The notes under the pieces: generated by a model | Seen by the model: only the letters and a program-made list of their open reading frames with translations | Database searches by the model: none | What the model was told of the DNA's origin: nothing | From: Betaproteobacteria bacterium | GTDB taxonomy: Bacteria; Pseudomonadota; Gammaproteobacteria; Burkholderiales; Burkholderiaceae_C | DNA length: 64,000 nucleotides | Direction: 5' to 3' | Assembly: GCA_031367285.1 (NCBI GenBank) | Contig: JANLPN010000392.1 | Span: 197-64,196, forward strand | Shown: piece after piece, positions 18,703-27,430 of the stretch | How positions within the stretch are numbered: the first letter of the stretch is position 1 | Layout of the letters: the number at the start of each line of letters is the position of its first letter | Translations under genes and position numbers: made by a program

Positions 18703-19833
18703 TCAGGCCGTCTTGGCCGATCCGGCTTCAAGCCAAGCCGGCGGGCGACCGGCGATGGTCAGCGTCATGCTGCCAGTCCCGGTGCTGGCGGCTCCATCGA
18801 AATCGGCCTTAATTCCGACCGGCTGGATGCGGTGCCAATGCTCCTTTTCGGACCCGTCGGGATAGACCACCTTCGACGGGTGCGAGAGGTCATAAACGTC
18901 GGACTCAAGGTGATTCTGGGCACGGAAGGCGCCCAGCCCGCGGCCGTCCTCGTATCCGCCGCTGTAGCCCAGGCCCTGCATCGCGATTGCCGCGCCCAGC
19001 GCGGTGAGGTCCATCACCAGGAGCTTGCCGTCGCTGAAGGTCGCGCGCACCTGGGCCGTCCGAAACCGGCGCGTACCCGGATGCAGGTCAGCCGCAAGCT
19101 CGATCTTCTGCACGACGTGAACAGCCTCGGTGGCGCGCTCGGTCACCACGCCGGTCGTATACGGTTCATCGTCGCCGCGCCGCTCGAAAAGCAGGTGTCC
19201 GCTCATCGAGTCGGTGGAGAAGAACAGGAAGGACATCACATGCCCCTTCTGCGCGAGCGTGACTTTCGGTCCGGTGACCGGCTCGGGCACGCCCATGCCG
19301 CGGCGCACGCCCCAGGAGTGATCGCGGCAGGACCACCAGTCAGCTATATCGATGCGCTGTCCGCCCGCCTCCATCCAGCCGCTGGCCAGTCCGATCTGGT
19401 CGAAGCGGCGGTAGTCCTGCACGGTGCGCCCATGCAGCCGCTCGTAATGCGGATGCTCTTCGTGCGCGGGCTCGACGCAGCGCCATTTGATAGCCCCTGA
19501 AATCCCGTGCGCACCCGGTGCGATAGCGATCTCAAACTCCTCCAGCGGCTTCACGGGCGTGATGCGCATCGGACCGCATTCGGTCTCCGCATTGCGGTCG
19601 AGCGCGCGCGACACCCGGAGGTTGTACTGCTTGCCGCCCACGGTCATTACCGCACCGCCATCGAGTACGTTCATGTTGCGATAGGCGCCCATGGTGATCT
19701 GGATCGCCACCCGGCCGTCCCGCGAATAGATGGCGAACCAGTAGCGATCGAAGAACCGCGGATCGCTGGTCCAGACGTGGTCGAAGGTAGTCGGCAGCTG
19801 GTGCCAGAGGGTGTCGTCGAGCTTGGTCAGCAT
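18703..19833 (-). CDS. Uncharacterised protein, probable CrtC/AttH/tocopherol-cyclase-like beta-barrel
   Basis: 376 aa, aromatic-rich (FFDRYWFAIY, RDHSWGVR). TGATG-coupled to the upstream gene. Fold call is inference. Confidence 0.6.
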   Translation of the reverse strand: MLTKLDDTLWHQLPTTFDHVWTSDPRFFDRYWFAIYSRDGRVAIQITMGAYRNMNVLDGGAVMTVGGKQYNLRVSRALDRNAETECGPMRITPVKPLEEFEIAIAPGAHGISGAIKWRCVEPAHEEHPHYERLHGRTVQDYRRFDQIGLASGWMEAGGQRIDIADWWSCRDHSWGVRRGMGVPEPVTGPKVTLAQKGHVMSFLFFSTDSMSGHLLFERRGDDEPYTTGVVTERATEAVHVVQKIELAADLHPGTRRFRTAQVRATFSDGKLLVMDLTALGAAIAMQGLGYSGGYEDGRGLGAFRAQNHLESDVYDLSHPSKVVYPDGSEKEHWHRIQPVGIKADFDGAASTGTGSMTLTIAGRPPAWLEAGSAKTA

Positions 19834-20288
19834 CAGGGGGCCTTCGCGGGTGTGGCAGCAGTGGAGACGTAGCGCATCGGCGCACGCGCGGCGCGCGCGC
19901 TCATGTGCGCAAGCGCCGCATCGCGCATTGCGGGGGTGAGACGGGTGCCGCTCAGCACCTGCGAAAGAAGGTCGCGCAGTTCGCAATTGCGTTGCTCGAG
20001 CGCCGTCATTTCGGTGGCGTCGGGTTCGGGCCGTGCCAGGGCCAGCGCGATGGAAGCGGCCAGCTCCGGTGCGACGACAGCCCGCAGCTGCCCAAGCAGC
20101 TTGGCCGTCGCCCGATTGTCGCCATAGAGGAATCCAGGAACCGCCGGCAGCGCGCCGGTCAACATGCGCAGGTTGGCGATCAGGCCTTCGAGCATGGTGC
20201 GCGCGTACGGATCGGCGACGCAGGGGGAGACGACCTTTTCGAGAATCCGGCAGGTCCCGAGCAATTGCTCTTCGACGGTAGGCCTCAT
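19833..20288 (-). CDS. Small helical hypothetical protein, LvaB/DUF6285-like
   Basis: GGAGG RBS then MRPTVEEQLLGTCRILEKVVSPCV...LIANLRML, which resembles the recalled RPTxxELL...LxxxVxP...AN pattern. Lies after an APH kinase. Confidence 0.55.
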   Translation of the reverse strand: MRPTVEEQLLGTCRILEKVVSPCVADPYARTMLEGLIANLRMLTGALPAVPGFLYGDNRATAKLLGQLRAVVAPELAASIALALARPEPDATEMTALEQRNCELRDLLSQVLSGTRLTPAMRDAALAHMSARAARAPMRYVSTAATPAKAP

Positions 20289-20412
20289 TCGGTAACCTCC
20301 GCTCCGCGAGCCGCGGAATTCGCCCTTGGGAGCGGCCCGGCGGTGCTCACTGGAGTACCTTCGCACTGCGTGCTGCGGTGCGAGCTTGCTTGGGAACGGT
20401 CCGGCGCGGCGC

Positions 20413-21483
20413 TCATGACGTGTGCTCCATCAGCTGAAACATCGGACGGTATAGCCAGGTAGGCGTCTGGAACACGCGGTCGTAGCGGCCGGCGACGAAC
20501 TCGCTCACGGCAGTCAACTGGATGACGGCCAACTTCCAGCAGGAAAAGACGTTCCACCATCGCAGCGCCGTTTCATCGACTCGGCGCCCGGTGAGCGCAC
20601 GGTAAGCGGCGACGATCTGCTCACGCTCCCAGACGCCGGCAATCTGGTGCTCGCGCTTGCGCACCGGGTTGGTCACCCAGCCAAGATCCTCGAGCGGGTC
20701 GCCCAGGTGCGCGGTTTCCCAGTCGAGCTTCGCGCTGATTCGGTCACCCTCGATTAGCGCGTTGCCTGGCTTGAAGTCGCCATGCACGAGAACGATCGCT
20801 TCGGCCTCCGGTGCGCCCTGGCGCATCCAGGCGAGCACGTAGTCGAGTTCGGGATGGGGCTCGAGCCGCACCCGGCGGTACTCTGCCTCCCAATGCGCGA
20901 GTTCCACCAGCGAAGGCTTCCCGGTCGGCGTCTCAAGTACCTCGCTTAAGGCCAGGGCACGCCAGTCGACCGCGTGAATGCGCGCCATGAGGTCGATGAA
21001 TGCACGCGCCAGGTTCAGGCGCGCTTCGAGCGGGCGATCTCCGTTGAGCACCATGTAGTCGCAGGTCCCGAACATGCGATCCATGACCAGCGACGGTGCG
21101 CCAAGCCACTGGCCGTCGTGGTCCAGCCAGTGTGCCTTGGGCGCCGGCACGGATGCCCCTTCCAGGGCCCTGAGCAACGCGAACTCGCGCCTGCGGTCGG
21201 TGGAAAGCAGCGTCCCGGCGGCATCGCGCATGAGCATCAGGCGGTGCGACTGCGCGCCGGTCGCGTCGACCCAGGTCGCATCGAGCGACCAGTTCTCACG
21301 CGACAATCCCCCCGCGGCACGCTCCACACCGACGAAACCGAAATCGTGTGCCGTGGGAATTGCATCGATGATCAGTGCTTTCAGGCCGGCGACGACTCGC
21401 TCGGCCGGGGTCGCCGCGCCGCCGCCATGCGCATCGGCCTGATTGGTGGCCGGCGCATCTGATGTCTTCAGGTCGTTGTCCAT
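20413..21483 (-). CDS. APH-family phosphotransferase, LvaA/ACAD10-11 kinase-like
   Basis: GGLSRENW, REFALLRAL..VPAP, Brenner motif LVHGDFKPGN, LDWETAHLGDPLEDLGW. Confidence 0.88.
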   Translation of the reverse strand: MDNDLKTSDAPATNQADAHGGGAATPAERVVAGLKALIIDAIPTAHDFGFVGVERAAGGLSRENWSLDATWVDATGAQSHRLMLMRDAAGTLLSTDRRREFALLRALEGASVPAPKAHWLDHDGQWLGAPSLVMDRMFGTCDYMVLNGDRPLEARLNLARAFIDLMARIHAVDWRALALSEVLETPTGKPSLVELAHWEAEYRRVRLEPHPELDYVLAWMRQGAPEAEAIVLVHGDFKPGNALIEGDRISAKLDWETAHLGDPLEDLGWVTNPVRKREHQIAGVWEREQIVAAYRALTGRRVDETALRWWNVFSCWKLAVIQLTAVSEFVAGRYDRVFQTPTWLYRPMFQLMEHTS

Positions 21484-21485
21484 CG

Positions 21486-21584
21486 CTAGTTCGCCTTGCG
21501 CACTTTTGGCAACAGCGCGTTGCCGATGATCTGCTTCATCACCTCGGCGGGGTGGGCCTGCATCAGGCGTATGGTTTCATACAT
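21486..21584 (-). pseudogene. 32-aa chimeric remnant ending in an acyl-CoA dehydrogenase C-terminus
   Basis: MYETIRLMQAHP-AEVMKQIIGNALLPKVRKAN* versus intact ACAD end AEVMRQIIGNSLLPKVRKAA*. Confidence 0.8.
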
Positions 21585-21735
21585 GTCGGTTTTGTCCCGG
21601 ATTCTATGGTGAAAATGCCCCAAAACGCACCCGCGCGGCGGCTGCGCAAGCAAGCTCAAGCAGCCTGGCCTCGGAACTCAGCACGCCGGCGCCGGCGCAC
21701 CTAGTATCTCGAAAGTTCTGTTTGGGATTGTTTTT

Positions 21736-21770
21736 TACGCATTAGTAGTTCATAATTACTGCTAAGTATA
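21736..21770. promoter_or_regulatory. Two tandem TACN-N4-AGTA operator sites in a divergent promoter
   Basis: TACGCATTAGTA 21736-21747 and TACTGCTAAGTA(TA) 21757-21770, with a 21-bp period. Confidence 0.62.
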
Positions 21771-22015
21771 GGCGCGCTACGGATGCCTTGGCAAGATCGG
21801 AAAAAAGTTGGCGATCGCGGATTTTTTAGTACCATTTTTTAAAAACGCGGAGACATGTCGAGAGTTCGAAACCGCTTCAAACGCCTGGCCGTGTTCGTGC
21901 TGGCCACGCTGCTGGTTCGAGCTGGTCGCCCAACACCGCTGCCGGTGCACCGCACCGGCAAGCTGCGGCGGCAGTACCGGAGCCATCGCGCTCCATCCAA
22001 AGAAGGAGACACCTG

Positions 22016-23017
22016 GTGCTACACCATTTCTATGCGCCGCCACTGGGGCGGCGCCAGATACTCCGGGCGGCGGCGGCGGCGGTCGCCGGCAGCGCGCTGG
22101 GCATGGAGCCCGTGGCCGCGCAATCCTCCGACAGCCCGCTCAGGATCGCGGTCGGTTTTCCGCCGGGCGGCTCGGGCGATCTGTTCGCGCGCATTCTCGC
22201 CGACGGCCTGCGTGATGAGCTGTCGCGCCCGGTACTGATCGAGAACAAACCCGGCGCCGGCGGCCTCACCGTGGCGGTCGGTTTCCTGCGTGCGCCCAAG
22301 GACGGCAGCCAGCTGATGCTGGCCACCGGCTCCACGGCGATATCGGCACCCATCTCGCGCGCCAAGCCACCGTACAACGCGGTGGACGACTTCCAGTGGA
22401 TCGCACTGCTGTCCAACGCGCCTTTTGTCATTGCGGTGAATCCGGCCTTGCCCATCACCGACCTGAAAAGCCTGGTTGCGTATGCCAAGGCGCGTCCGCA
22501 CCAGATGTCCTATGGCCACGCGGGGCTGGGAACCACGGTGCACTTGGCGGCCGAGCTGCTCAAGGACCGTGCCGGCATCGACGTGGTGGACATTGCTTAT
22601 GCCGGCAGCGCCGGAGCCATCACCGACACGATTGGCGGCACCGTGCAGTTTGTGGTGGAGACCTCCGGGACCCTGCTTCAGTTCCACAAGGCCGGCAAGC
22701 TGCGCATCATCTGCACCATGGCCGAGGCACGCGAAAAGGTCACACCTGAGATCCCGACGGCGCGCGAGGCGGGTTATGACGTGTTGGCAGGCACCTGCAA
22801 TCTGCTGGCCGCGCCACTCGGCACACCGCGCGAGGTGGTCGAGCCGATAGCCCGAGCCGTGGCGCGCGTGATGGACAAGCCGGCGATCCAGGAGCGCCTG
22901 CTGCAGCTGGGCATCCAGCCCATCACGCACTCCAGTCCGGCACTGGCGCGGGATTTTGTGGCGGGCGAAGTTGCGCGCTGGAGCGTGGTGGTGAAAAAAC
23001 TCGGGATTGCGCTTTGA
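22016..23017 (+). CDS. Bug/TctC-family substrate-binding protein, Tat-like signal
   Basis: AAGGAGA RBS plus GTG; GRRQIL; GFPPGGSGD, ENKPGAGG. Confidence 0.92.
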   Translation: MLHHFYAPPLGRRQILRAAAAAVAGSALGMEPVAAQSSDSPLRIAVGFPPGGSGDLFARILADGLRDELSRPVLIENKPGAGGLTVAVGFLRAPKDGSQLMLATGSTAISAPISRAKPPYNAVDDFQWIALLSNAPFVIAVNPALPITDLKSLVAYAKARPHQMSYGHAGLGTTVHLAAELLKDRAGIDVVDIAYAGSAGAITDTIGGTVQFVVETSGTLLQFHKAGKLRIICTMAEAREKVTPEIPTAREAGYDVLAGTCNLLAAPLGTPREVVEPIARAVARVMDKPAIQERLLQLGIQPITHSSPALARDFVAGEVARWSVVVKKLGIAL

Positions 23018-25245
23018 TACCTGCCGCCGTCGCGCCGAAACCCGGCGACACCGAAGGCGACAGCACCCGCCTGGCGGCGGTTGGAGACATGCTCAACCCG
23101 TCCTCGATTGCCATCGTCGGCGCGTCGGACAAGTCGCGCTGGTCGACCACCACCTTCGAGAACCTGACGCGGGGCGGGTTTGCCGGGCAGGTGCATCTGG
23201 TCAATCCGCGCGGCGCGATGGCGCATGGCCGCCAGGTTGCAAAGTCCTGCGTCGAGATCGGCGCCAAAGTCGATATCGGCCTGGTCATGGCGCCACCGGC
23301 CGCGGTGGCCGATGCCGTGGCCGACCTGGGCGCGGCCGGTGCGCGCTCGGCGGTGATTCTCACCGCCGGCTTCGCCGAGACCGGGCCTGCGGGCCAGCAA
23401 TTGCAGGAGCGTGTACGCAGTGTTGCCGCCCGCAGCGGCGTACGCCTGCTCGGCCCCAACTGCCTGGGCTTCATCAACTTCGTGAACCGGGCCTATGTCT
23501 GGACCACGCCGGTGGTTGCGCCATCGAGCAATCGCGGCGTGGCCATTGTTTCGCAAAGCGGGGCTACCGCCTATTTCCTGTCCACCCTGGCCAGCCAGCA
23601 GGATGTGGGCTTGAGCCATGTGATTTCGACCGGCAACGAGGCCGACCTCGACGGCGCCAGCTTCATCGACTATCTGGTCACCGACCCGCATACGCGCTCG
23701 ATCGCGGTATTCGCGGAAACCTTTCGCAACCCGGCGCGTTTCCTGGCCGCTGCACGGCGCGCGCTGGTCGCCGGTAAACCGCTGGTCGTACTGAAGGTGG
23801 GCGCCAGCGAAGTGACCGCCAGGTCGGCACTGGCGCATACCGGCGCGCTGGTCGGCGACAACCGGGTCTTCGACGGCATTTGCCAGCAATTGGGCATCAT
23901 CCGCGTGGTTTCGATGGAGGAACTGCTGGCCACCGCCGATATCGTGGGACGCACCGGTGTTTTGCGCTCCGGCGGCCTGTGTGTGGTGACCAACTCCGGC
24001 GGCGTGGGCGAGATCGCCGCCGATACCGCCGAACTGCGCGGCATCCAGCTGCCCGAACTCTCAGCGGCCACCGCGGCGGCCGTACGCGCCACGATTCCGG
24101 AATCGGCCACCGCGCATAACCCGCTGGACCTGACAGGCTCGATTACCCCGGTGCAGTGCGAAGGCGCTGTGCGCGCCCTGGCGACGCAGGACGACTATGC
24201 GGCGATCCTGTGTCCGTTTTACGAATTCCCCACCACGCCGGAACAGGTCAGCGAGCGCCTCACGCAATTGCACCAGCACCTTGCACGCGGCCTGGCGGCA
24301 GCCTCGGTGCCGGGTTTCCTGGTGAGTTATACCCATACCGGCGTCAACGCCATGGCGCGCAAGACCATTGCCGAGACCGGTGCCAACTACCTGGCTTGCG
24401 GGCTGGACCGCGCGCTAGCCGGCCTGGCAGGTGCGTTCTGGTGGTCGCAGCGCCACCGCGAGTTCACGGCCGCGCGGGACATCGGGCCGCTCGCGCCAGC
24501 GACGGATCCGGCCTTTACCGGCGAGCGCCCGGGCTCCGAACGCGAAGCGCTGGACTTTCTGTCGCGCCAGGGTGTCCCGGTAGTCCCGGCCTTGCTGGCG
24601 GCCGATGCAGAGCAGGCGGTTGCGGCCGCGCGTACGCTGGGTGGGCCGGTGGTGGTCAAGGTCGCTTCGCCCGACATTGCCCATAAAAGCGATATCGGTG
24701 GCGTGGTGCTCAATGTGCTGGGCGACGCCGCCGTGCGCGGCGCCTTTCTGCGTGTCATGGCCGCGGCACACTCCCACAACCCGCAGGCACGCATGGAAGG
24801 CGCCATCGTGGCGCCCATGCGCGAGCGCGGCATCGAGTTGTTTGTCGGTTATTCGCGCGATCCCCAATGGGGCCCGATCCTGGCCGTGGGCCTGGGCGGC
24901 GTGTGGGTCGAGATACTGCAGGACGTGGCCCTGCGACCCTTGCCGGTGGATGTGCCCGAAGTCAAACGCATGCTGGCCGGATTGCGCGGCAGCAAATTGC
25001 TGGCCGGGCAACGTGGCATACCGGCGGCGGACCTGGACGCCGTGGCGCAGGCAATCACAGGTATAGCCGAGGCGATCTTGCGCCTGGGCCCGGACCTCGA
25101 AGCGCTGGACGTCAATCCGCTATGGGTAAAGGGTGACCAGGTCGAGGCCCTGGATGCCTTGTTTGTGTGGCGGGCACCTGAAGCGCAGGCGCGCGTTGCG
25201 GGATCCGATCCGGTGCTGTCCGTCGCGCAGCCAGCCAATGTCTGA
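23014..25245 (+). CDS. NDP-forming acyl-CoA ligase (fused CoA-binding, ligase and ATP-grasp domains)
   Basis: SIAIVGAS, LLGPNCLG, SQSGA, STGNEAD, phospho-His AHTGAL, NPLDLTG, HKSDIGGV, LDVNP. Confidence 0.92.
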   Translation: MIPAAVAPKPGDTEGDSTRLAAVGDMLNPSSIAIVGASDKSRWSTTTFENLTRGGFAGQVHLVNPRGAMAHGRQVAKSCVEIGAKVDIGLVMAPPAAVADAVADLGAAGARSAVILTAGFAETGPAGQQLQERVRSVAARSGVRLLGPNCLGFINFVNRAYVWTTPVVAPSSNRGVAIVSQSGATAYFLSTLASQQDVGLSHVISTGNEADLDGASFIDYLVTDPHTRSIAVFAETFRNPARFLAAARRALVAGKPLVVLKVGASEVTARSALAHTGALVGDNRVFDGICQQLGIIRVVSMEELLATADIVGRTGVLRSGGLCVVTNSGGVGEIAADTAELRGIQLPELSAATAAAVRATIPESATAHNPLDLTGSITPVQCEGAVRALATQDDYAAILCPFYEFPTTPEQVSERLTQLHQHLARGLAAASVPGFLVSYTHTGVNAMARKTIAETGANYLACGLDRALAGLAGAFWWSQRHREFTAARDIGPLAPATDPAFTGERPGSEREALDFLSRQGVPVVPALLAADAEQAVAAARTLGGPVVVKVASPDIAHKSDIGGVVLNVLGDAAVRGAFLRVMAAAHSHNPQARMEGAIVAPMRERGIELFVGYSRDPQWGPILAVGLGGVWVEILQDVALRPLPVDVPEVKRMLAGLRGSKLLAGQRGIPAADLDAVAQAITGIAEAILRLGPDLEALDVNPLWVKGDQVEALDALFVWRAPEAQARVAGSDPVLSVAQPANV

Positions 25246-25268
25246 GAGCGCAGCTTCAAGGAAAAATC

Positions 25269-26399
25269 ATGCGAACCTCCCTGTGTGAAAAACTCGGCTG
25301 CGAATTGCCCATCTTCGCGTTCTCGCATTGCCGCGACGTGGTGGTCGAAGTCACCAAGGCCGGCGGTTTCGGCGTGTTGGGTGCGTCCACCTTCTCACCC
25401 GAGCAATTGGAGGCCGAGCTGCACTGGATCGACCAGCATGTGGACGGCAGGCCGTATGGCGTGGACGTCATTATTCCGACGGCGTACGACAAGCAGGCCG
25501 AGACCACCACCGAAGACCTTGAGCGTCTGATTCCGGACGAGCACCGCGCCTTCATGAACAAGATCCTCGACGAGGCCGGCGTGCCGCAATTGCCACCCGA
25601 CGAACGAGAGCGTGTATTGCGCGAGATCGTCAATGGCCGCGGCAACATGACGCCCGACGGCGCCCGGCGCCTGCTGCGGGTGGCGCTGGCGCACCCCCAG
25701 GTCAAGCTGGTGGTGAGCGCGCTGGGGTCGCCACCGCCCGACGTGGTGGCCGAACTGCGCGAACGCAAGGTGATGATAGGCGCCATGTGTGGCAAGGGCC
25801 AGCATGCGGCGCGCCACAAGGCCGCCGGGGTGCAGGTAATCGTTGCGCAGGGCACCGAAGCCGGCGGGCACACCGGCGACATCGCAACCATGGTGCTGGT
25901 ACCCCAGGTGGTGGAGGCCTGTGGCGACGAGGTCGCGGTACTCGCCGCCGGAGGTATCGCCCGTGGCAGCCAGATTGCCGCTGCGCTGGCGCTGGGTGCA
26001 CAAGGCGTGTGGTGCGGTACCGTGTGGCTGGGCACGCGCGAGAGCGAGCTCGATCCCTTCGAGAAGGAAGTGCTGTTCGAGACACGCGCCGAAGACGCGG
26101 TGCGGCGCAAGGCCCGGACCGGCAAGACGGTGCGCATGATCAAGAGCAAACTGTCCGAAGCCTGGGAGCAGCCGGGGGCGCCCAAGTACCTGCCCACGCC
26201 GCTGCAGGGCATTCTGTACAACGAGGCCCACGCGCGTGTAGTGCGCGCCAAACGCAAGGACCTGTATTCCTTCCCGGCCGGCCAGGTGGTGGGCATGATC
26301 AATGAGGAGACCAGCGTGCGCGACGTCATGTACCGCATGCAGCTGGAATATCTGGAAGCGATGGAGCGGCTGAACAAGCTCAGCCCGGCGCAGACCTGA
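25269..26399 (+). CDS. Nitronate monooxygenase/FabK-like FMN oxidoreductase
   Basis: AGGFGVLG, AQGTEAGGHTG, AAGGIARG, GVWCGT, PAGQVVGMI. Confidence 0.88.
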   Translation: MRTSLCEKLGCELPIFAFSHCRDVVVEVTKAGGFGVLGASTFSPEQLEAELHWIDQHVDGRPYGVDVIIPTAYDKQAETTTEDLERLIPDEHRAFMNKILDEAGVPQLPPDERERVLREIVNGRGNMTPDGARRLLRVALAHPQVKLVVSALGSPPPDVVAELRERKVMIGAMCGKGQHAARHKAAGVQVIVAQGTEAGGHTGDIATMVLVPQVVEACGDEVAVLAAGGIARGSQIAAALALGAQGVWCGTVWLGTRESELDPFEKEVLFETRAEDAVRRKARTGKTVRMIKSKLSEAWEQPGAPKYLPTPLQGILYNEAHARVVRAKRKDLYSFPAGQVVGMINEETSVRDVMYRMQLEYLEAMERLNKLSPAQT

Positions 26400-26470
26400 G
26401 CGTGAGAGGCAATCCAATGCATCCGCGCCGGATAGCCGCACAATAGAAACCCTGTCGAAAAGAGTCGTCC

Positions 26471-27430
26471 ATGCCAAGCCACTTCAAATTTCTTGCCGGT
26501 TTCTTGCTGGCTGCGCTGCTGGCTGCCGGGGCCCACGCGTTTCCGGACCGGCCGGTACGCCTGGTGGTCGGTTTTGCGCCGGGTGGCTCCGACATATCGG
26601 CGCGCCTGGTCGGGCAGAAGCTGTCGGAGTTGTGGGGCCAGCCGGTGGTTGTGGACAACCGGCCTGGCGCGGCGGGTAACATCGGCGCCGACATCGTGGC
26701 CAAGGCGGCGCCCGACGGCTACACGATTTTGCTGCTGGTGAACTCGTACACCATCAACACCACGGTCTACCGCAACCTGCCCTGGGATCTGCTGCGTGAC
26801 TTTGCGCCGATCGGCCGCTACGCCACCTCGCCCATGGTGGTGGTGGTCAACGACAAGATGCCGGTCAAGAATTTTGCCGAATTCGTGGCCTATGCCAAAG
26901 CCAATCGCGGCAAGATCAACTACGGCTCGGCGGGAACCGGCACCGCACCGCATCTGGCAGGTGAATTGTTTGCGTTGCGCTCCGGCATAGAGATGACCCA
27001 CGTGCCCTACAAGGGATCGGGGCCGTCGGTCACGGCGCTGGTCGCGGACGAAGTGCAGCTCTCGTTCGGCGCCATGTCGGCCTTTGATGGCCTGGTGCAG
27101 CAAGGCCGCCTGAAACCGCTGGCAGTCACCACCGCAGCGCGGTTTCCGCGGCTCCCGGAGGTACCCACGGTGGCGGAAAGCGGCATCCCCGGTTTCGACG
27201 TCGATATCTGGTATGGCCTGCTTGCACCGGCCAAAACCCCGCCGGCCATCGTGAAAAAACTCAGCGACGACCTGGCGCGCGTGATGGCTGACCCCGACCT
27301 GTTGTCCAAACTCAAGGAGCGCGGCATGGAGCCCGCTTACCTGGACAGCGCGAAGACCGGCGATCTGATAAAGCAGGACGTGTCGCGCTGGCGCGAAATC
27401 ATCAACAAACTGAAGCTGTCGCTCGAATGA
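26471..27430 (+). CDS. Bug/TctC-family substrate-binding protein
   Basis: Signal peptide; GFAPGGSD, DNRPGAAGNIG, VPYKGSGP, WYGLLAPAKTP. Confidence 0.93.
   Translation: MPSHFKFLAGFLLAALLAAGAHAFPDRPVRLVVGFAPGGSDISARLVGQKLSELWGQPVVVDNRPGAAGNIGADIVAKAAPDGYTILLLVNSYTINTTVYRNLPWDLLRDFAPIGRYATSPMVVVVNDKMPVKNFAEFVAYAKANRGKINYGSAGTGTAPHLAGELFALRSGIEMTHVPYKGSGPSVTALVADEVQLSFGAMSAFDGLVQQGRLKPLAVTTAARFPRLPEVPTVAESGIPGFDVDIWYGLLAPAKTPPAIVKKLSDDLARVMADPDLLSKLKERGMEPAYLDSAKTGDLIKQDVSRWREIINKLKLSLE

Noticed and set aside
17386-19500. 704-aa plus-strand ORF in the track
   Set aside because: Antisense shadow of real minus-strand genes with no motifs. Long shadow ORFs are expected at high GC.
21855-22238. ORF with GGAGA RBS and signal-peptide-like start MSRVRNRFKRLAVFVLATLL
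   Set aside because: It degenerates into low-quality sequence overlapping the Bug gene. It might be another truncated 5' remnant, but there is no recognisable homology.
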